A stretch of DNA of 64,000 nt from Candidatus Saccharimonadales bacterium (GTDB lineage Bacteria; Patescibacteriota; Saccharimonadia; Saccharimonadales; JBGTLD01), in contig JBGTLD010000013.1 in the NCBI GenBank assembly GCA_041744275.1, positions 16,470-80,469 on the forward strand, written 5' to 3'. Both the position numbers and the translations under genes were made by a program. Within the stretch, counting starts at the first letter, position 1. The number at the start of each line of letters is the position of its first letter. A model generated the notes under the pieces. That model made no database searches and was not told the origin of the DNA. It saw only the letters and a list, made by a program, of their open reading frames with translations. Shown here one piece after another: positions 38,502 to 49,941 of the stretch.

Positions 38502-40386
38502 CTTCTACGGTGTCGTCTTTATCTTTTGTATCTGCGTCTGAAACATTTGCATCATCTGCTGGCTTTTCGCTATCAGCTTGCTCGTACATCTTGGCGCCAA
38601 TTGGCATTATTTTGTCTTGCAATTCCTTAGCTGCTGACTCAAGTGCGTCTTTGTCTGCATTTTCGTCTTTGGCGGCTTCTTGAGCAGCTTTGGCGGCTTC
38701 ATCAAACACCTTAACATCTTCTTCAGATAATTTTTCTTTATAGTCTGACTTCATTTTCTCTGCCTGGTAAATTGTGTTGTCTAAGTTGTTCCGCGCGTCA
38801 ACTGCTTCACGTTTTTTCTTATCTTCATCGGCATTAGCTTCAGCTTCTTTCGCCATTTTCTCTACTTCTTCTTTAGACAGGCCACTGCTGTTCTGGATAG
38901 TGATGCTTTGCTCTTTACCAGAGCCCTTGTCTTTTGCGGTGACGTTCAAGATACCATTTGCATCAATGTTGAATGTTACTTCAATTTGCGGCACGCCTCG
39001 TGGGGCCGACGGGATACCATCAAGCACAAATCGTCCTAATGATTTGTTGTCGGCGACCATTTCACGCTCACCTTGCACCACATGAATCTCTACCTGTGGC
39101 TGATTATCGGCAGCGGTACTGAACACTTCACTCTTGCTTGTAGGAATAGTGGTGTTTCGTTCAATAAGCTTGGTTGATACGCTTCCAAGCGTTTCAATAC
39201 CAAGTGATAGTGGCGTCACATCAAGTAATAGCACGTCTTTTACGTCACCCTGCAATACACCACCCTGAATGGCAGCACCAATCGCGACAACCTCGTCTGG
39301 GTTTACGCCTTTCATTGGATCTTTACCAAATATCTTTTTAACCTTTTCTTGTACAGCAGGCATACGTGTCATACCACCAACGAGTACTACCGCGTCAATC
39401 TCGCTTGCTTTAATCCCTGCGTCTTTCAGTGCTTTTTCACATGGAGCGGCTGTTTTATCAATAAGATCACCCACGAGCTGCTCTAGCTTAGCCCGTGTTA
39501 GCTTGTGTTCAAAATGCTTCGGGCCATCTGCATCTGCTGTTAGAAATGGCAAGTTAACATCTACTTCATTAGTTGTACTCAGTTCAATCTTTGCTTTTTC
39601 TGCTTCATCACGCAGCCGCTGCATTGCTGCTTTGTCGTTACTGATGTCGATCCCGTGCTCTTTTTTAAACTCATCAGCAAAGTAATTAATAACCACTCGG
39701 TCAAAGTCGGCGCCGCCAAGGTGAGTATCGCCATTTGTAGACTTCACTTCAAAAACACCATCGCCGAGCTCGAGAATTGATACGTCAAACGTACCACCAC
39801 CCAAGTCATATACAGCAATCTTTTCATCTTTTTTGCTGGCTTTGTCTAGACCATACGCAAGGGCTGCTGCGGTTGGTTCGTTGATAATACGCTTAACTTC
39901 TAAACCGGCAATCTTACCGGCGTCTTTCGTAGCTTGGCGCTGCGAGTCGTCAAAATATGCAGGAACAGTAATGACTGCTTCTGTTACTTTGTCTCCTAAG
40001 AAGCTCTCGGCGTCTGCCTTGAGCTTACCAAGGATCATTGCGCTCACTTCTTCTGGGCTGTATTCTTTGTCGCCCATTTTAACCTTAACACCCTGGCCAG
40101 ACTTTATAATCTCATAACCCATAAGCTTGAGATCGCGCTGCACTTCTTTATCGTTGAAGTTTCGTCCAATAAGGCGCTTTACTTCGTATATGGTGTTTGC
40201 TGAGTTTGTGACCTGCTGGCGCCGTGCAACCTGACCAACAAGCCGCTCACCGTTCTTATTAACTGCAACAACTGATGGTGTTGTGCGGTTTCCTTCTGAG
40301 TTCGCGATAATTTCAGCTTTCCCAGCTTGCATAACTGCCATTGCTGAGTTTGTTGTTCCTAAATCGATTCCTATAATTTTTCCCAT
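38476..40386 (-). CDS. dnaK: chaperone DnaK
   Basis: Canonical Hsp70 sequence. Start is placed at [14 protein letters not shown], which is preceded by AGGAGG. The longer ORF to 40410 is less likely. Confidence 0.95.
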   Translation of the reverse strand: MGKIIGIDLGTTNSAMAVMQAGKAEIIANSEGNRTTPSVVAVNKNGERLVGQVARRQQVTNSANTIYEVKRLIGRNFNDKEVQRDLKLMGYEIIKSGQGVKVKMGDKEYSPEEVSAMILGKLKADAESFLGDKVTEAVITVPAYFDDSQRQATKDAGKIAGLEVKRIINEPTAAALAYGLDKASKKDEKIAVYDLGGGTFDVSILELGDGVFEVKSTNGDTHLGGADFDRVVINYFADEFKKEHGIDISNDKAAMQRLRDEAEKAKIELSTTNEVDVNLPFLTADADGPKHFEHKLTRAKLEQLVGDLIDKTAAPCEKALKDAGIKASEIDAVVLVGGMTRMPAVQEKVKKIFGKDPMKGVNPDEVVAIGAAIQGGVLQGDVKDVLLLDVTPLSLGIETLGSVSTKLIERNTTIPTSKSEVFSTAADNQPQVEIHVVQGEREMVADNKSLGRFVLDGIPSAPRGVPQIEVTFNIDANGILNVTAKDKGSGKEQSITIQNSSGLSKEEVEKMAKEAEANADEDKKKREAVDARNNLDNTIYQAEKMKSDYKEKLSEEDVKVFDEAAKAAQEAAKDENADKDALESAAKELQDKIMPIGAKMYEQADSEKPADDANVSDADTKDKDDTVEGEVVDDKK

Positions 40387-40387
40387 T

Positions 40388-40615
40388 TTATAAATCCTCC
40401 TGTTTCGCAAGTAGCCCTGCTTGGTTTAAATGTAGTTCGTACATAGCTAATAGTGTGGTTAATTCCTGCGGAGTAATAACACTTGACGGATCGCCCATCT
40501 CCTCCTCACCGAAAATACGTGGATAATGCTTTTCAATAAACTGACCTCTTGCCTCGCCTAAGCGTTCGACCTTATCTGGGTTAGTTTCCTTCTGCACTGG
40601 TTCAAATTCACTCAT
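40388..40615 (-). CDS. small hypothetical protein between grpE and dnaK
   Basis: 75-aa ORF. Its stop abuts the dnaK RBS. Confidence 0.3.
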   Translation of the reverse strand: MSEFEPVQKETNPDKVERLGEARGQFIEKHYPRIFGEEEMGDPSSVITPQELTTLLAMYELHLNQAGLLAKQEDL

Positions 40616-40617
40616 AA

Positions 40618-41115
40618 TTAATTCTCCTTCGTTTCTTCAGATTCATTTGAAATATCCTGCGTTTTCACACGTACCATTGCGTGCCTAATTACTGTGTCGC
40701 CAAGTATATAGCCTGGCTGCAACTCTTCACTGACTATTTCGGTGGATCCCGTGCCTTCTTCCATGCTCACTGCTTCATGGAGATCTGGGTTAAATTCAGT
40801 TCCAACCGTCTCGATTCGGGCAACTCCCATATCGCCGAGTGTCTTTTCGAATTGCTTCACGACACCTTGCACGCCTTTAATGTAATCATTAGATTCTAAC
40901 TCTTTTGGTACGTGTTTCAGTGCACGTTCAAAATTATCAACAACTGGTAGTAGATCCTGCACAACCCCTGACTTCACGACACCGCGAAGTGCCGCTATCT
41001 GGTCATCATGCCTACGCCGTATATTTGCACTGTCTGCACGCTCTCTTTGTAGCGCTTCGGTAAGATCAGCAACCTGCTGCTGAAGATCGTCAATATTATC
41101 TTTCTTTTTACTCAT
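40618..41115 (-). CDS. grpE: nucleotide exchange factor GrpE
   Basis: Coiled-coil N-terminus and GrpE C-terminal beta domain. Sits between hrcA and dnaK. Confidence 0.85.
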   Translation of the reverse strand: MSKKKDNIDDLQQQVADLTEALQRERADSANIRRRHDDQIAALRGVVKSGVVQDLLPVVDNFERALKHVPKELESNDYIKGVQGVVKQFEKTLGDMGVARIETVGTEFNPDLHEAVSMEEGTGSTEIVSEELQPGYILGDTVIRHAMVRVKTQDISNESEETKEN

Positions 41116-41812
41116 GTAGGGTCTCCTCTAATGCTTCTCCGGCATGGCGCACAAGACCCATTACTTCGCGGTATTGCTGCCGTGTTGGACCAAGCACTCC
41201 AATGTAGCTTCTGTCAGAATATGGGCTCCTGAATCTACTTATTATTAATGTGGCATGCGCACTTCTGCCAATTGGATTTTCTGAACCAATGTAAACGCTG
41301 AGTGGCTCGTTTGGAGCGGTTTCACGTAGCCATGGCTCTAAATTGTCCAGCAACCTCGCAACTTGCTGGACTTGGGCTCCGCCTATAAACTCTGGTTGGC
41401 CAAAAAGGTTCGATAAGCCGCTCATATATAGCTGATTACCTATGGTGGCAATACCTAAATTGTGCGTAAGCTCAACAAGTGTATCAACGGCGTTTCGTAT
41501 TGTTCGCTCTGGCACTCCTCCATCTTGTACACGGGCACTCAGCGCTCTCTCGGCGCGACGCTCATGTGTGTGTTTGCTTTGCCCTGCTATTTCGTTTACA
41601 TAAAAACGATAGCCTCTGTCAGTAGGTATTCTACCGGCGCTTGTGTGAGGCTGTGTTATGAGCCCTAAGCGCTCAAGTTCAACCATTTCTGCACGAACCG
41701 TTGCAGACGATACCTTAAATACTTTTGCAAGCAAGCTTGAACCTACCGGACTCGCGACTTCCGCGTATTGCTCAACTATAGCTCGTAATATATTCGTTTG
41801 TCGTTCTGTCAT
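41108..41812 (-). CDS. hrcA: heat-inducible repressor HrcA (short form)
   Basis: Winged-helix N-terminus (RQTNILRAIVEQY...SSATVRAEMVELERLGL). First gene of the dnaK operon, with a CIRCE element upstream. Confidence 0.8.
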   Translation of the reverse strand: MTERQTNILRAIVEQYAEVASPVGSSLLAKVFKVSSATVRAEMVELERLGLITQPHTSAGRIPTDRGYRFYVNEIAGQSKHTHERRAERALSARVQDGGVPERTIRNAVDTLVELTHNLGIATIGNQLYMSGLSNLFGQPEFIGGAQVQQVARLLDNLEPWLRETAPNEPLSVYIGSENPIGRSAHATLIISRFRSPYSDRSYIGVLGPTRQQYREVMGLVRHAGEALEETLHE

Positions 41813-41858
41813 GTTCGCACTCGCATTGGCTAAGTGCCAATACTACAATTGTAGATTT

Positions 41859-41885
41859 TTGGCACTCATAAGTCAAGAGTGCTAG
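41859..41885 (-). promoter_or_regulatory. CIRCE operator (HrcA binding site) upstream of hrcA
   Basis: TTGGCACTC-N9-GAGTGCTAG, versus the consensus TTAGCACTC-N9-GAGTGCTAA. Confidence 0.8.
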
Positions 41886-42616
41886 TTATGTATAAATTGC
41901 TTTGTTTGGATATAGAGCGTATGGGCAAGTTGTCTACCAGCCGCCTGTTCTGCTTTCGCTGCAGTATCACTCCCCACCATCGCTTGGACTTTCTGTGCAG
42001 ATATTTGTACATCTTCGCTAATTAAGAAGTATAGGTTCTTGCTTTGCGCTGCATGCTCAAAAATAGTCATCGCTGTATACATACGATTCATGAGTTCAGT
42101 TTCTGACATCTCGCCACGCGTTTGTATCCGATGCTGCCATTCTTCAAAATTTGGTGGAAGCATAACTATCGGTAATGTATCGGGTTTTGCATCAATTACA
42201 TTTTGGATTCCACCAATGTCTATATCAGTTATGGCTATTTTCTGCTCCTCTGCAGCCTGTCGAATTTCTTGCATACTCATACCGGATACTTGCTGGTCGT
42301 GTATAACTTCTGCCTCAAGGTAATCCCCTGCCTGTAAACCATTCAAAAAATCACTTTCGGATTTGAACCAATACTCAACGCCATCTTGCTCCATGACACC
42401 ATCGTTCATTCGCGGTTTACGCGTTGTATCTGACACGATAAAGTGATATTCACCCGTCTTCTCGAGCTCACGAATAAGCGTGTTACGGCCCGTTGAACTC
42501 GCGCCAGTCAGTAAAACGAGCTGTGTCTTTGCTAACATATCTTTATTTTCATCAGAAATGCGGTATTGAGATAGAATTTCCTCAAACTTTTCTTGTTGAT
42601 GCAGTATATTAACCAT
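41882..42616 (-). CDS. guanylate-kinase-like nucleoside monophosphate kinase
   Basis: P-loop-like GASSTGRNT, and SDTTRKPR...EQDGVEYWF matching the Gmk S-x-TTR-x-R...G-x-x-Y-x-F motif. Confidence 0.55.
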   Translation of the reverse strand: MVNILHQQEKFEEILSQYRISDENKDMLAKTQLVLLTGASSTGRNTLIRELEKTGEYHFIVSDTTRKPRMNDGVMEQDGVEYWFKSESDFLNGLQAGDYLEAEVIHDQQVSGMSMQEIRQAAEEQKIAITDIDIGGIQNVIDAKPDTLPIVMLPPNFEEWQHRIQTRGEMSETELMNRMYTAMTIFEHAAQSKNLYFLISEDVQISAQKVQAMVGSDTAAKAEQAAGRQLAHTLYIQTKQFIHN

Positions 42617-42650
42617 AGTACATTATTAACAGATTTAAGAGGCTAACACC

Positions 42651-43112
42651 ATGCGAAAAGCTCCCGAGTTTGTACTCCCAGACCAAGACGGCAACAATAA
42701 ATCGCTAAAAGATTATGCAGATAAATGGCTCGTCTTATACTTCTACCCAAAAGATGACACACCAGGATGCACCCAAGAAGCTTGTAGTTTTCGTGACTCC
42801 AGAGAAATTATTGGACAGTTCGGTAACGCTGAAGTTGTTGGCGTTAGTAAAGACTCAGTAAAAAGTCATCGAAAATTCTTTGATAAGCACAAGTTGAACT
42901 TTACACTTTTAAGTGATGAATCGACAGAAATGATCAAAGCATACGGTGCGTGGCAAGAGAAAAGTATGTTCGGTAAAAGCTACATGGGGATTGCGAGGAC
43001 TACTTTTATTATCGATCCGCAAGGCATTATTGTGAAGGAATACCCTAAAGTTAGCCCCAAAGATCATGCAGGTCAAATCATTAAAGATTTGCGCGACCTC
43101 CAGGCAGCCTGA
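42651..43112 (+). CDS. bcp: peroxiredoxin Bcp
   Basis: YFYPKDDTPGCTQEA peroxidatic Cys motif. Confidence 0.9.
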   Translation: MRKAPEFVLPDQDGNNKSLKDYADKWLVLYFYPKDDTPGCTQEACSFRDSREIIGQFGNAEVVGVSKDSVKSHRKFFDKHKLNFTLLSDESTEMIKAYGAWQEKSMFGKSYMGIARTTFIIDPQGIIVKEYPKVSPKDHAGQIIKDLRDLQAA

Positions 43113-43494
43113 TTTTTAAAGATTTTGCTTCCTGACTTACAGGAGGTGCAGGTTTCATATTCTCCTCAGCTCTATGACTCTTTTTGTCTTGGCCATGAGT
43201 TTTTACAGTAGTGGTATATGGACCCGTCGAACTTGGAGTGTCATCAGTAGATGAAGCATTAGGTGCAAACGACGCTAATTCAAAAAGCGGTACGTTATGC
43301 TCATGCGTACTTCCTTCTAAATAATTCGTTGTATTATTTGAGTCAGCGCTTATTTTTTCGCCAACAATAGCCCGTCTGTCACTCGCCTGGCTCATACCTC
43401 GCAATACAAGTGCTGTAAATAGAATTAAACCAACCGCAATTATACCGGCTCGAACAATTCTTCCAGCTGTATTCGTGTTTTGTTTGATGCTCAT
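43081..43494 (-). CDS. hypothetical membrane-anchored protein
   Basis: N-terminal TM, low-complexity S/T/N-rich body. Confidence 0.35.
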   Translation of the reverse strand: MSIKQNTNTAGRIVRAGIIAVGLILFTALVLRGMSQASDRRAIVGEKISADSNNTTNYLEGSTHEHNVPLFELASFAPNASSTDDTPSSTGPYTTTVKTHGQDKKSHRAEENMKPAPPVSQEAKSLKIRLPGGRANL

Positions 43495-43574
43495 AATCTA
43501 CTCCGCTATTACTCGTAAGGTTTTCATAGTACTAGGTGGAGCTCATGTGTGATGTAGGTTTTCTATCGTTTATA

Positions 43575-45356
43575 CTAGTCGCGTTTTAACATTACGGTAA
43601 ACGCTTCTGCTGGTATATCAACTTTTCCAAAGCGCTTCATGCGTTCTTTACCTTTTTTTTGTTTCTCAAGTAGCTTCTTGCGCCTGGTAACATCACCGCC
43701 GTACAGTTTAGCGGTAACGTCTTTTCGGTATCCACTCAGGTCTTCACGGGCAACAAACTTACCACCAATTCCAGCTTGTAAACTAACCTGGAAATTTTGT
43801 TTTGGAATAACTTCCTTGAGTTTTTTCACCGTTTCGCGACCCAAACTTTGTGATTCACTTCGATGCACCATAATACTAAGAGCATCAACACGCTCTCCTG
43901 CAATATAAAAGTCTAATTTCACAAGATCTTGCGTACGATAATTATCGAGCTCGTAGTTGAACGAACCGTATCCGGAAGTCACGCTTTTTAGTTGATCGTA
44001 AAAATCCGTAAGTAGATTTGCCAGTGGCGCTTCAAAACTTATGAGTGCTAGTTGCGCATCAACAAAACTCAAGTTTTTTTGAATACCGCGCTTTGAGATA
44101 ATGAGCTGAATCACTGCACCAACGTACTCTTTTGGCACGACCACCTCACCCTTAATCCAAGGTTCTTTAATTTCTGCGATGTTAGTTGGGTCCGGCAAGT
44201 CAGCAGCTGAGCGAATTGCTGTTTCTTCACCGTTTTGCATAATAATCTCATAATCAGTTGACGGGTTTGTTACAACGAGCGTTAGGTCGTATTCTCTTTC
44301 GAGTCGCTCACGAACAATATCCATATGGAGTAGCCCCAAAAATCCTATACGAACGCCGAACCCAAGAACAGGCGAATTTTCTGGCTCAAACTGCAACGCG
44401 GAGTCACTCAAGCTTAGCTTGTCTACTGCATCTTTTAATAACAAGTAGTTCTCGTTACTGTCCGGAAAGAACCCTGCATATACAAACGGCTTGACGTCTT
44501 TGTAGCCCGGCAGAGGATCAGTGGCGGGTTTACTGAGCAATGTGACCGTGTCACCTACTTTTGCCTCACGTGTACTACGAAGGTTTGTGACAATATAGCC
44601 AATTTCTCCCGTTTGTAGTGCAGGCAGCGGAGATAGCTCTGGCTGAAGCGAGCCGACTTCGAGAGCTATTCCCTGTGCGCCCGTCGCAACCATTTTGATT
44701 TGGGTGTTTTTCGTAATTGCGCCATCAAACACACGAACATACAAAATCACACCTCGATAATCGTCATAGTAGCTGTCAAATATAAGTGCGCGTGTTGCTT
44801 CGTGATCACCACCGTTGGGCGGAGGGACTTGCTCTACCACTTGGTCGAGAACCGCCGGAACACCCTCACCAGTTTTAGCTGAGATTTGTAATATGTCATC
44901 TGTGCTACAACCGAGCAGGCTAATAATCTCAGCACTGACCCGCGGCACATCTGCTGCAGGTAAGTCGATTTTGTTCAGTACAGGGATAATCTTTAAGTCT
45001 GCTGCCATAGCGAGGTACACGTTAGCGAGTGTCTGTGCTTGAATACCTTGGCTTGCGTCTACTACCAATATTGCACCCTCGCAAGCCTCGAGACTGCGCG
45101 AAACCTCATAACTAAAATCTACGTGCCCAGGGGTGTCAATAAGATTTAGTTCAAAATCTTTATATTTCATGCGTACCGGGGCGAGCTTAATAGTGATGCC
45201 TTTTTCACGTTCGAGGTCCATGCGGTCAAGTAGCTGCTCTTTCATGTCGCGCTTCTGAATAGTGCCTGTCATTTCTAATAGCCTGTCGGCAAGCGTTGAC
45301 TTGCCGTGATCGATATGAGCTATTATGCAAAAATTTCGTATGTGTGACTGATCCAT
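43575..45356 (-). CDS. lepA: translation elongation factor 4 (LepA)
   Basis: GTPase G1-G4 motifs (AHIDHGKST, DTPGH, NKID) and the LepA C-terminal domain. Confidence 0.95.
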   Translation of the reverse strand: MDQSHIRNFCIIAHIDHGKSTLADRLLEMTGTIQKRDMKEQLLDRMDLEREKGITIKLAPVRMKYKDFELNLIDTPGHVDFSYEVSRSLEACEGAILVVDASQGIQAQTLANVYLAMAADLKIIPVLNKIDLPAADVPRVSAEIISLLGCSTDDILQISAKTGEGVPAVLDQVVEQVPPPNGGDHEATRALIFDSYYDDYRGVILYVRVFDGAITKNTQIKMVATGAQGIALEVGSLQPELSPLPALQTGEIGYIVTNLRSTREAKVGDTVTLLSKPATDPLPGYKDVKPFVYAGFFPDSNENYLLLKDAVDKLSLSDSALQFEPENSPVLGFGVRIGFLGLLHMDIVRERLEREYDLTLVVTNPSTDYEIIMQNGEETAIRSAADLPDPTNIAEIKEPWIKGEVVVPKEYVGAVIQLIISKRGIQKNLSFVDAQLALISFEAPLANLLTDFYDQLKSVTSGYGSFNYELDNYRTQDLVKLDFYIAGERVDALSIMVHRSESQSLGRETVKKLKEVIPKQNFQVSLQAGIGGKFVAREDLSGYRKDVTAKLYGGDVTRRKKLLEKQKKGKERMKRFGKVDIPAEAFTVMLKRD

Positions 45357-45405
45357 TGAAGAGACATTATAACAGAATAACAGAGGTAATTTAAGTACGG
45401 TTCGT

Positions 45406-46992
45406 TTACTGTACTTTCACGGGCTTTAATATAATCTGCTTGAGCTTCTGTACGACTGGTCGTGGCTCTTCAAGCCCAAGCACAATCGACACCAGCACGT
45501 GTGTCCCGAGTACTGCTGCAGCAATTGCACTCAGCTTGAAACCGAGTGTCACAAGTCCTGTATCGGCAGCTTGAAGTGGGAAGATGACAAGCATTCCATA
45601 TGCTGCAAGTACACTAAACCCAGTTACTGAAACTATCTTCACGATACTCGACCAAAATGCCACATTAAAGAAATGACTATCCTTGAAAAGGATGACTAAT
45701 CCAAGGGCAGTAACCTCAAACCCTGCTGTAATCGACTGAGCCAAGGCTAGTCCTGATATACCGTATGAAGACGGTTTTGCAAGCGTAAAAGCAAGAAAAA
45801 TATTAAGCGCAATCGCAAAAATCGAAACATACAATGGCGTCTTTGAGTCTTTATGAGCGTAAAAATATCTCGACAACATACTGTACACAATTCTGAAGAA
45901 AATAGAGGCTGTCAAGAAACCAAAAATTAATGCAACCTGAGGCGCATTATCACCAAAAATTAAGCGAGCCAAATAGCCTCTTGCGAAGTAACTGACAACA
46001 ATAACAGGCATGGTCATCCAGATCATAGCTTTAAGAATTCTTAAGAAATCCCTCTGAAATAGATCTGGACGATTTTGCGACAATCGCTCAGTAAGTCTTG
46101 GAAACGCAGCGATTGCAATAGCATTACCAAGTAACATAATTGGAACGTTTTGTAGTGTCAGGGCAAAGTTATAAAAACTGACTGGCCCTGTACCAAGTGC
46201 TTGTGCACGGTTAACCTCGACGATACTATTAACTTGGTCGATACCTTGGTCCAATGATCGTGGCGGTAGCTGGCCAAGCATTTCACGAAAATTAGGGTTC
46301 TTCCACTTAATTTTTGCATGATATTTGAAGCCCAAACCAGAAAGCCCAAGTAGCGCCACAAAGAACTGGAGCAGACCACCTATGAGCGCACCGAGCCCAA
46401 GTCCGACTATTCCAACATTGTCTCTAAATACGTAAATGCTACATATGATTGCAATGTTATAAAACAGCGGTGCAATTGCATAAAAAAAGAATCTACCAAA
46501 AGTTTGCTGTACGCTTGTCAATATTCCAGACAGTGTAAACAACAGGGGGTTAAACGCTATTAAACGAGTGATTGTTATAGCTTGGGTTAGATTTTCGGAG
46601 GGGAGATTTGGTGCCAGTGCGCGTATAAGTGGTTCAGCAAAAACAAATATTATGAACCCTATAATCGCCATAGCAATTGCCAGAACATTCAAGAGGCTAC
46701 TTGCAAGTTGCCATACACCTTTTCGATCACCTACCTGCAACCTATCAGTTAAAAACGGAATAAATGCGACACCAAGTGCACCTGCGGAGATGGTATAAAA
46801 GAAAAAATCTGGAACCTGAAATGCGACGAAGAATGCATCTGAAGAACCTGGGTCAACTATTGTGAAATTTGTACTGATAAGACGATTTCTTAAGAAACCT
46901 AAAACCTGACCTATCAAGGTCACGCCAATTAGAAGCGAAGCTGCACCGCCAAGTGAGATACGCGCATTTGCTCGTCTGAATTTATACTTCAT
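45406..46992 (-). CDS. murJ: lipid II flippase MurJ
   Basis: 14-TM MviN/MurJ-like profile with conserved Arg in the early TMs. Confidence 0.8.
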   Translation of the reverse strand: MKYKFRRANARISLGGAASLLIGVTLIGQVLGFLRNRLISTNFTIVDPGSSDAFFVAFQVPDFFFYTISAGALGVAFIPFLTDRLQVGDRKGVWQLASSLLNVLAIAMAIIGFIIFVFAEPLIRALAPNLPSENLTQAITITRLIAFNPLLFTLSGILTSVQQTFGRFFFYAIAPLFYNIAIICSIYVFRDNVGIVGLGLGALIGGLLQFFVALLGLSGLGFKYHAKIKWKNPNFREMLGQLPPRSLDQGIDQVNSIVEVNRAQALGTGPVSFYNFALTLQNVPIMLLGNAIAIAAFPRLTERLSQNRPDLFQRDFLRILKAMIWMTMPVIVVSYFARGYLARLIFGDNAPQVALIFGFLTASIFFRIVYSMLSRYFYAHKDSKTPLYVSIFAIALNIFLAFTLAKPSSYGISGLALAQSITAGFEVTALGLVILFKDSHFFNVAFWSSIVKIVSVTGFSVLAAYGMLVIFPLQAADTGLVTLGFKLSAIAAAVLGTHVLVSIVLGLEEPRPVVQKLKQIILKPVKVQ

Positions 46993-47088
46993 TTATGCCT
47001 ATTATAGGCTTTTGAGTTGCACAAAAACAGGGTAAAAGAGTACAATTTTTATTTCGTTGTTTCTCGTAAAACGATATTAACGTATCGA

Positions 47089-48957
47089 CTAGTATAAAGC
47101 TGCGGCTTTGGGCAAAACAGATCCGTTTAGAATATCTATGACTTCTTCAGCTTCAACGGTTTCTTTCTTGAGTAAGGCATCTTTGAGTTCTTCTAGCTTC
47201 GGCTTGTTGGCCTTGATTACTGCCCTTGCACGCTCAGCAGCCTCGGTAATAAGTGCTTCAACTTCATCGTCAATAATCTTTGCTGTCTCTTCAGAATAGT
47301 GACGCTCGTGCATCATTCGCTCCATCATAATGCCTTCTTCGCTCTTGAATACTTGGTCACGAAGCTTTTTACCCATGCCTTGGTTCATGATCATTTCACG
47401 GGCAAGTTCTGCTGCCTTTTGTAAATCTGAGCCAGCGCCAGTTGTAACGCGTTCAGAGCCATACATAACTTCTTCTGCGATACGACCACCGAGCATTCTT
47501 GCAAGCACATCTTTGTACTCGATAATGCTGTGGTAACTTTTATCTTCGGGAGGTATAAACCAAGTTACTCCACCAGTACCACCCCTTGGGATGATCGTAA
47601 CTTTATGCACCATATCACTGTCTGGCAATACGTGACCCACAATTGCATGCCCAGCTTCATGATAGGCAGTGAGCTCAATCTCTTTTTTGTTCATGATCTT
47701 ACTCTTACGCTCAGGGCCAATCGCGACACGCTCAAACGCTTCGGTGATGTCAGCTTGTTGTATAACTTTGCGGTTATTTCTTGCAGCAATAATTGCAGAT
47801 TCGTTTGCAATGTTCTGTAAATCTGCACCTGAAGAACCAGCTGTTTTAGCTGCAAGTGCATCGATGTCTACTTTTTCATCTACGGGTTTTTTCTCAAAGT
47901 GGACGTGAAGGATTTTTTCTCGGTCCTTACGGTCGGGTAAACCGATGTTAACTCTACGGTCGAATCGACCTGGTCGTAGTAGCGCTGGATCAAGCACATC
48001 GGCACGGTTTGTGGCAGCAAGCACGATGACATTAGCTCCCTGTTCAAAACCATCCATTTCCACAAGAATTTGGTTAAGTGTTTGCTCACGTTCATCATGA
48101 CCACCGCCCATACCAGACCCACGACGGCGACCAACTGCATCTATTTCATCTACGAAAATAATACACGGTGCATTTTTCTTGGCTTTCGAAAATAAGTCTC
48201 GGACACGAGATGCACCGACACCAACAAACATTTCAACGAACTCCGAACCAGAAATACTAAAGAACGGCACATCTGCCTCGCCTGCAACGGCACGAGCAAG
48301 CATCGTCTTACCTGTTCCAGGAGGGCCTACAAGAAGTACACCTTTCGGGATACGGGCACCGACTGATTCAAATTTCTTAGGGAATTTTAGGAACTCAACG
48401 ACTTCTTCAAGGTCTTGCTTTGCCTCATCTGAGCCAGCAACATTCGCGAATGTTACTTTGTCTTTTTCGTTCCCATACAGCCGTGCCTTACTCTTACCGA
48501 AGCTCATCGCCTGGTTTCCTTGGCCCTGTGCACTCCTAAGCATGAAGAATAAGATAAATCCAATGATAATTACCGGTAGTAGAGATATCGCAATATCACC
48601 AAATCCAATCCCCGATGGTGTCTCTTCGACATTCACCGAAACATCGCGGTTTGTAAGCCCTTGTTCATATATGCTAGACCCCGCCTCTTTGCGTGAGCGC
48701 TGAGTAGGGTTTTCTTCACCCTCGGGTACAATCGCAAGTTCATTACCTGTTATTTCTATACGGTCAATGTCACCCGCATTTGCTCGCGTTATAACTTGTG
48801 AAAAAGGAACTTCTTCTAGTTCTGATGGTCTGTTGTACGCAGAAAAAGCGATGAGTCCAAAAAGCACAACAAGTGCCATGAATCCAGCGTTTTTAAAGTT
48901 GCGCTTGTTATTTGGTGATCCCCCACCTGGTGCATTACGAAAAGGTTTTTTATCCAT
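47089..48957 (-). CDS. ftsH: ATP-dependent zinc metalloprotease FtsH
   Basis: Two N-terminal TMs, AAA+ domain ([11 protein letters not shown]) and HEAGH zinc site. Confidence 0.95.
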   Translation of the reverse strand: MDKKPFRNAPGGGSPNNKRNFKNAGFMALVVLFGLIAFSAYNRPSELEEVPFSQVITRANAGDIDRIEITGNELAIVPEGEENPTQRSRKEAGSSIYEQGLTNRDVSVNVEETPSGIGFGDIAISLLPVIIIGFILFFMLRSAQGQGNQAMSFGKSKARLYGNEKDKVTFANVAGSDEAKQDLEEVVEFLKFPKKFESVGARIPKGVLLVGPPGTGKTMLARAVAGEADVPFFSISGSEFVEMFVGVGASRVRDLFSKAKKNAPCIIFVDEIDAVGRRRGSGMGGGHDEREQTLNQILVEMDGFEQGANVIVLAATNRADVLDPALLRPGRFDRRVNIGLPDRKDREKILHVHFEKKPVDEKVDIDALAAKTAGSSGADLQNIANESAIIAARNNRKVIQQADITEAFERVAIGPERKSKIMNKKEIELTAYHEAGHAIVGHVLPDSDMVHKVTIIPRGGTGGVTWFIPPEDKSYHSIIEYKDVLARMLGGRIAEEVMYGSERVTTGAGSDLQKAAELAREMIMNQGMGKKLRDQVFKSEEGIMMERMMHERHYSEETAKIIDDEVEALITEAAERARAVIKANKPKLEELKDALLKKETVEAEEVIDILNGSVLPKAAALY

Positions 48958-48992
48958 ACCAAATTTATTATACAGAGCTAAATGCTTGAATG

Positions 48993-49901
48993 CTAGCGGT
49001 CAGTACGCGTGAGTGCCAAATATTTCTCACCTACCTCTATAAAAACATCCTTTATTATGTTAAATTTTTTATCAAATGATGCTGTTTTTGACTTCACAAC
49101 GAGTATTTCTATCTGCTTTTTATGCATATTCGTAATCTGGTTTCTAGCAAGCCATAAAATGATTAACTCACAGGCTATGGTGTGTGGCAACATGATCAAT
49201 TTATACCTGTTAATTTTATTACCTTGTGACACCATTTGCAGCAAAGAAACTACTTCAGTATCAATCGCGTCATTAGTGGCCCGTAGATCATGCAGCATAG
49301 ATAACAGGTCTTTTCTGTCATGTTGCGTCAGCCTCGGTACAATATTCGCACGAATATAGTTCCTGAGGTATGACGTGTCAACATTGGTGCTATCTTCACG
49401 CCACATAAGCTGATGGCGCTTCGCGTGCAAAAGGATTTGACGCTTAGAAAACTGTAGCAATGGCCTGGCAAGGTTCTCCGTAGAGCGCAAGGATGTCAGC
49501 CCTTTTCTCCCAGTACCGCGAACAATATTAATACAGACTGTTTCAATGACGTCGTCTTGGTGGTGTGCAGTCAGTATTCGATCAGCGCCATGCTTCTTTT
49601 TCATATCGTTTAAAAACGCATAGCGTGCATTCCGTGCGCTTTCTTCGCTTGCACTGGCCCCCAAATTACCCTTGCGAATCTCAGCATCTAAATTATTTTT
49701 TTTAGCAAGGCTTTCAACGAAGTGAGCATCTTCTGCTGAGTCTTTTCGAATTCCATGATCAAAGTGCGCAACCACAAACACATAGTCACCAGCTTGATTA
49801 TTTGATTGAAATTGTTGCACAAGCATATGCAAGAGTACGATAGAATCCACGCCACCAGATACAGCAACAATGTATTTTCCTGGCTTAAGTACAACTTTCA
49901 T
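48993..49901 (-). CDS. tilS: tRNA(Ile)-lysidine synthetase TilS
   Basis: PP-loop VAVSGGVDS. tilS-ftsH linkage as in many bacteria. Confidence 0.85.
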   Translation of the reverse strand: MKVVLKPGKYIVAVSGGVDSIVLLHMLVQQFQSNNQAGDYVFVVAHFDHGIRKDSAEDAHFVESLAKKNNLDAEIRKGNLGASASEESARNARYAFLNDMKKKHGADRILTAHHQDDVIETVCINIVRGTGRKGLTSLRSTENLARPLLQFSKRQILLHAKRHQLMWREDSTNVDTSYLRNYIRANIVPRLTQHDRKDLLSMLHDLRATNDAIDTEVVSLLQMVSQGNKINRYKLIMLPHTIACELIILWLARNQITNMHKKQIEILVVKSKTASFDKKFNIIKDVFIEVGEKYLALTRTDR

Positions 49902-49941
49902 TACACAATAGTATCAGTTAGGAGTGCTCCATCCAGGCGAA

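Noticed and set aside
41824-41846. A second CIRCE-like palindrome, ATTGGC-taagt-GCCAAT, just upstream of the real CIRCE.
   Set aside because: The spacer is 5 nt rather than 9, and the half-sites do not match the GCACTC / GAGTGC core. It may still be a minor operator or part of the promoter, but it is not called.
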